NCBI RefSeq assembly: GCF_001447785.1
Contig: NW_015172565.1
Coordinates: 992,578 to 1,056,577 of the forward strand
Origin: Gekko japonicus
Lineage: Eukaryota
Reading direction: 5' to 3'
DNA length: 64,000 bases
Position numbers and translations under genes: made by a program. This document shows positions 62,862 to 64,000 of this stretch, one piece after another. Every line of letters starts with the position of its first letter. The stretch's first letter is position 1. The notes under the pieces are model-generated. The model saw only the letters and a program-made list of their open reading frames with translations, had not been told where the DNA came from and ran no database searches.

Positions 62862-64000
62862 GTAAGTAAAAGATTTCCCAATCGTCTGATGTTGGGTGCG
62901 TAGTTAGCTTTTGCTGAAATGCCTTGCTAGAGGTTTTCTGTAATCTATAGGTATCTTCTAGTCTCTGGCACAGATTGTTTCATTTTAATTAGTTTTTCTA
63001 TAGTTTGGATATTTATCATTACAATATTTATCATTACCTCACTATGTCATTTAATCTATATTTTACTCCATGGCTTGCAGGAGTTTTGCATATTACTAAC
63101 AGGACAGGGACCTTACTTTATTTTTAAAATTGCACAGGTAACCCAGGGCAGAAGGGCAAACATGATGTGACATCCCAGCAGTTCTGCCAGTGGGAGGACC
63201 TGGAAGTAGCAGTCCTTTTTTTAGTTTTATGGTATAAACAAAGTGTTTCTTTTAGTCTAAACATTGGTTTGAGAATCAATAGTGAAAGGCAAATAATAGA
63301 AATTCATTTGTATTCTTTATTCACAAAATGAGCATGGAAGCTTATTCACACCACTGTGCTTACCTAGTGCTGCCTTATCATCTAAACATCCAGATTCCCT
63401 ATTTTAACATATTGGGGGGGGGGGCGTGCTGGTCAGTACAATGCTTTGACACCTGTCTGTGTCATACAGTTAATAGAGTGACTTTGCCTTTAGATAGCAA
63501 CAGCTGTTTCTTGGTTTATACTATCCAGCTCTGTTACCAGACAGTCATAATACAAGCCATCAGTGCATTTGGCATAAATTCTGTGATGCAAGAAAGGCAT
63601 TCCCATTATTCAGGTGTATCATGTGTGGATATGTGGAGGGCTGTACAGTGTTGCATCACTGTTGCATGGAGTCAGTGGGTATAACCAGACAGCACGATAG
63701 TGCAAGTTGTGCTGTGCCAAACAACACCTTTCTCTTGGTGCAGCTGACTTCCTATCTGATGTTAGTAAACTTGTGCTCTTGGAGTCTGGCTGGGAGAAAA
63801 GCCTTGGGAGGAATGGAGTGTTGAAGGGAAAAGCATGAGTGGTGGCAACATTTAGTTCCACTCTCCCACCTGTCCTTCTGCGTGAAGCTGTTCTGATATC
63901 CGTTGGGCAGCACATCATATTCTGCTGCTATCACACCTAGGTGGACATTAACAGTGCAGTCCTAAGAAGAGTTACCTTTAGAAGTCCATGGACTTAGAAG

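Overview
Vertebrate genomic DNA from a squamate reptile, probably a gecko (judged from Sauria/Squam-type SINEs, BovB, and lizard-type hAT MITEs and Penelope fragments). There are no prokaryotic features. The left third is the edge of a replication-dependent histone cluster: an inverted H3 pseudogene (~1.9-2.4 kb), then intact H1 (13617-14264), a divergent unpaired H2B (15599-15979) and H3.2 (17372-17782), each intact gene with a 3' stem-loop. Between the pseudogene and H1 lies a nest of retroelements: a BovB lacking its RT core, and a Ty1/copia relic interrupted by a CR1, a solo LTR and a TSD-bounded, polyadenylated L1-like element that encodes ORF1 only. The right two-thirds holds two tandem secreted-lectin genes, reconstructed by hand from splice sites. 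Gene 1 (24874-40855, 6 coding exons, 400 aa) is signal peptide + one F-type (fucolectin) domain + pentraxin domain, and the canonical ligand-binding residues of both domains are substituted. Gene 2 (from 51320, continuing past the window) is signal peptide + at least two F-type domains with intact fucose-binding motifs. Introns are filled with L2, CR1, SINE, hAT MITE and Penelope debris. Exon models, TE family names and comparisons to reference proteins come from reading the sequence and from memory of the families, not from database searches.
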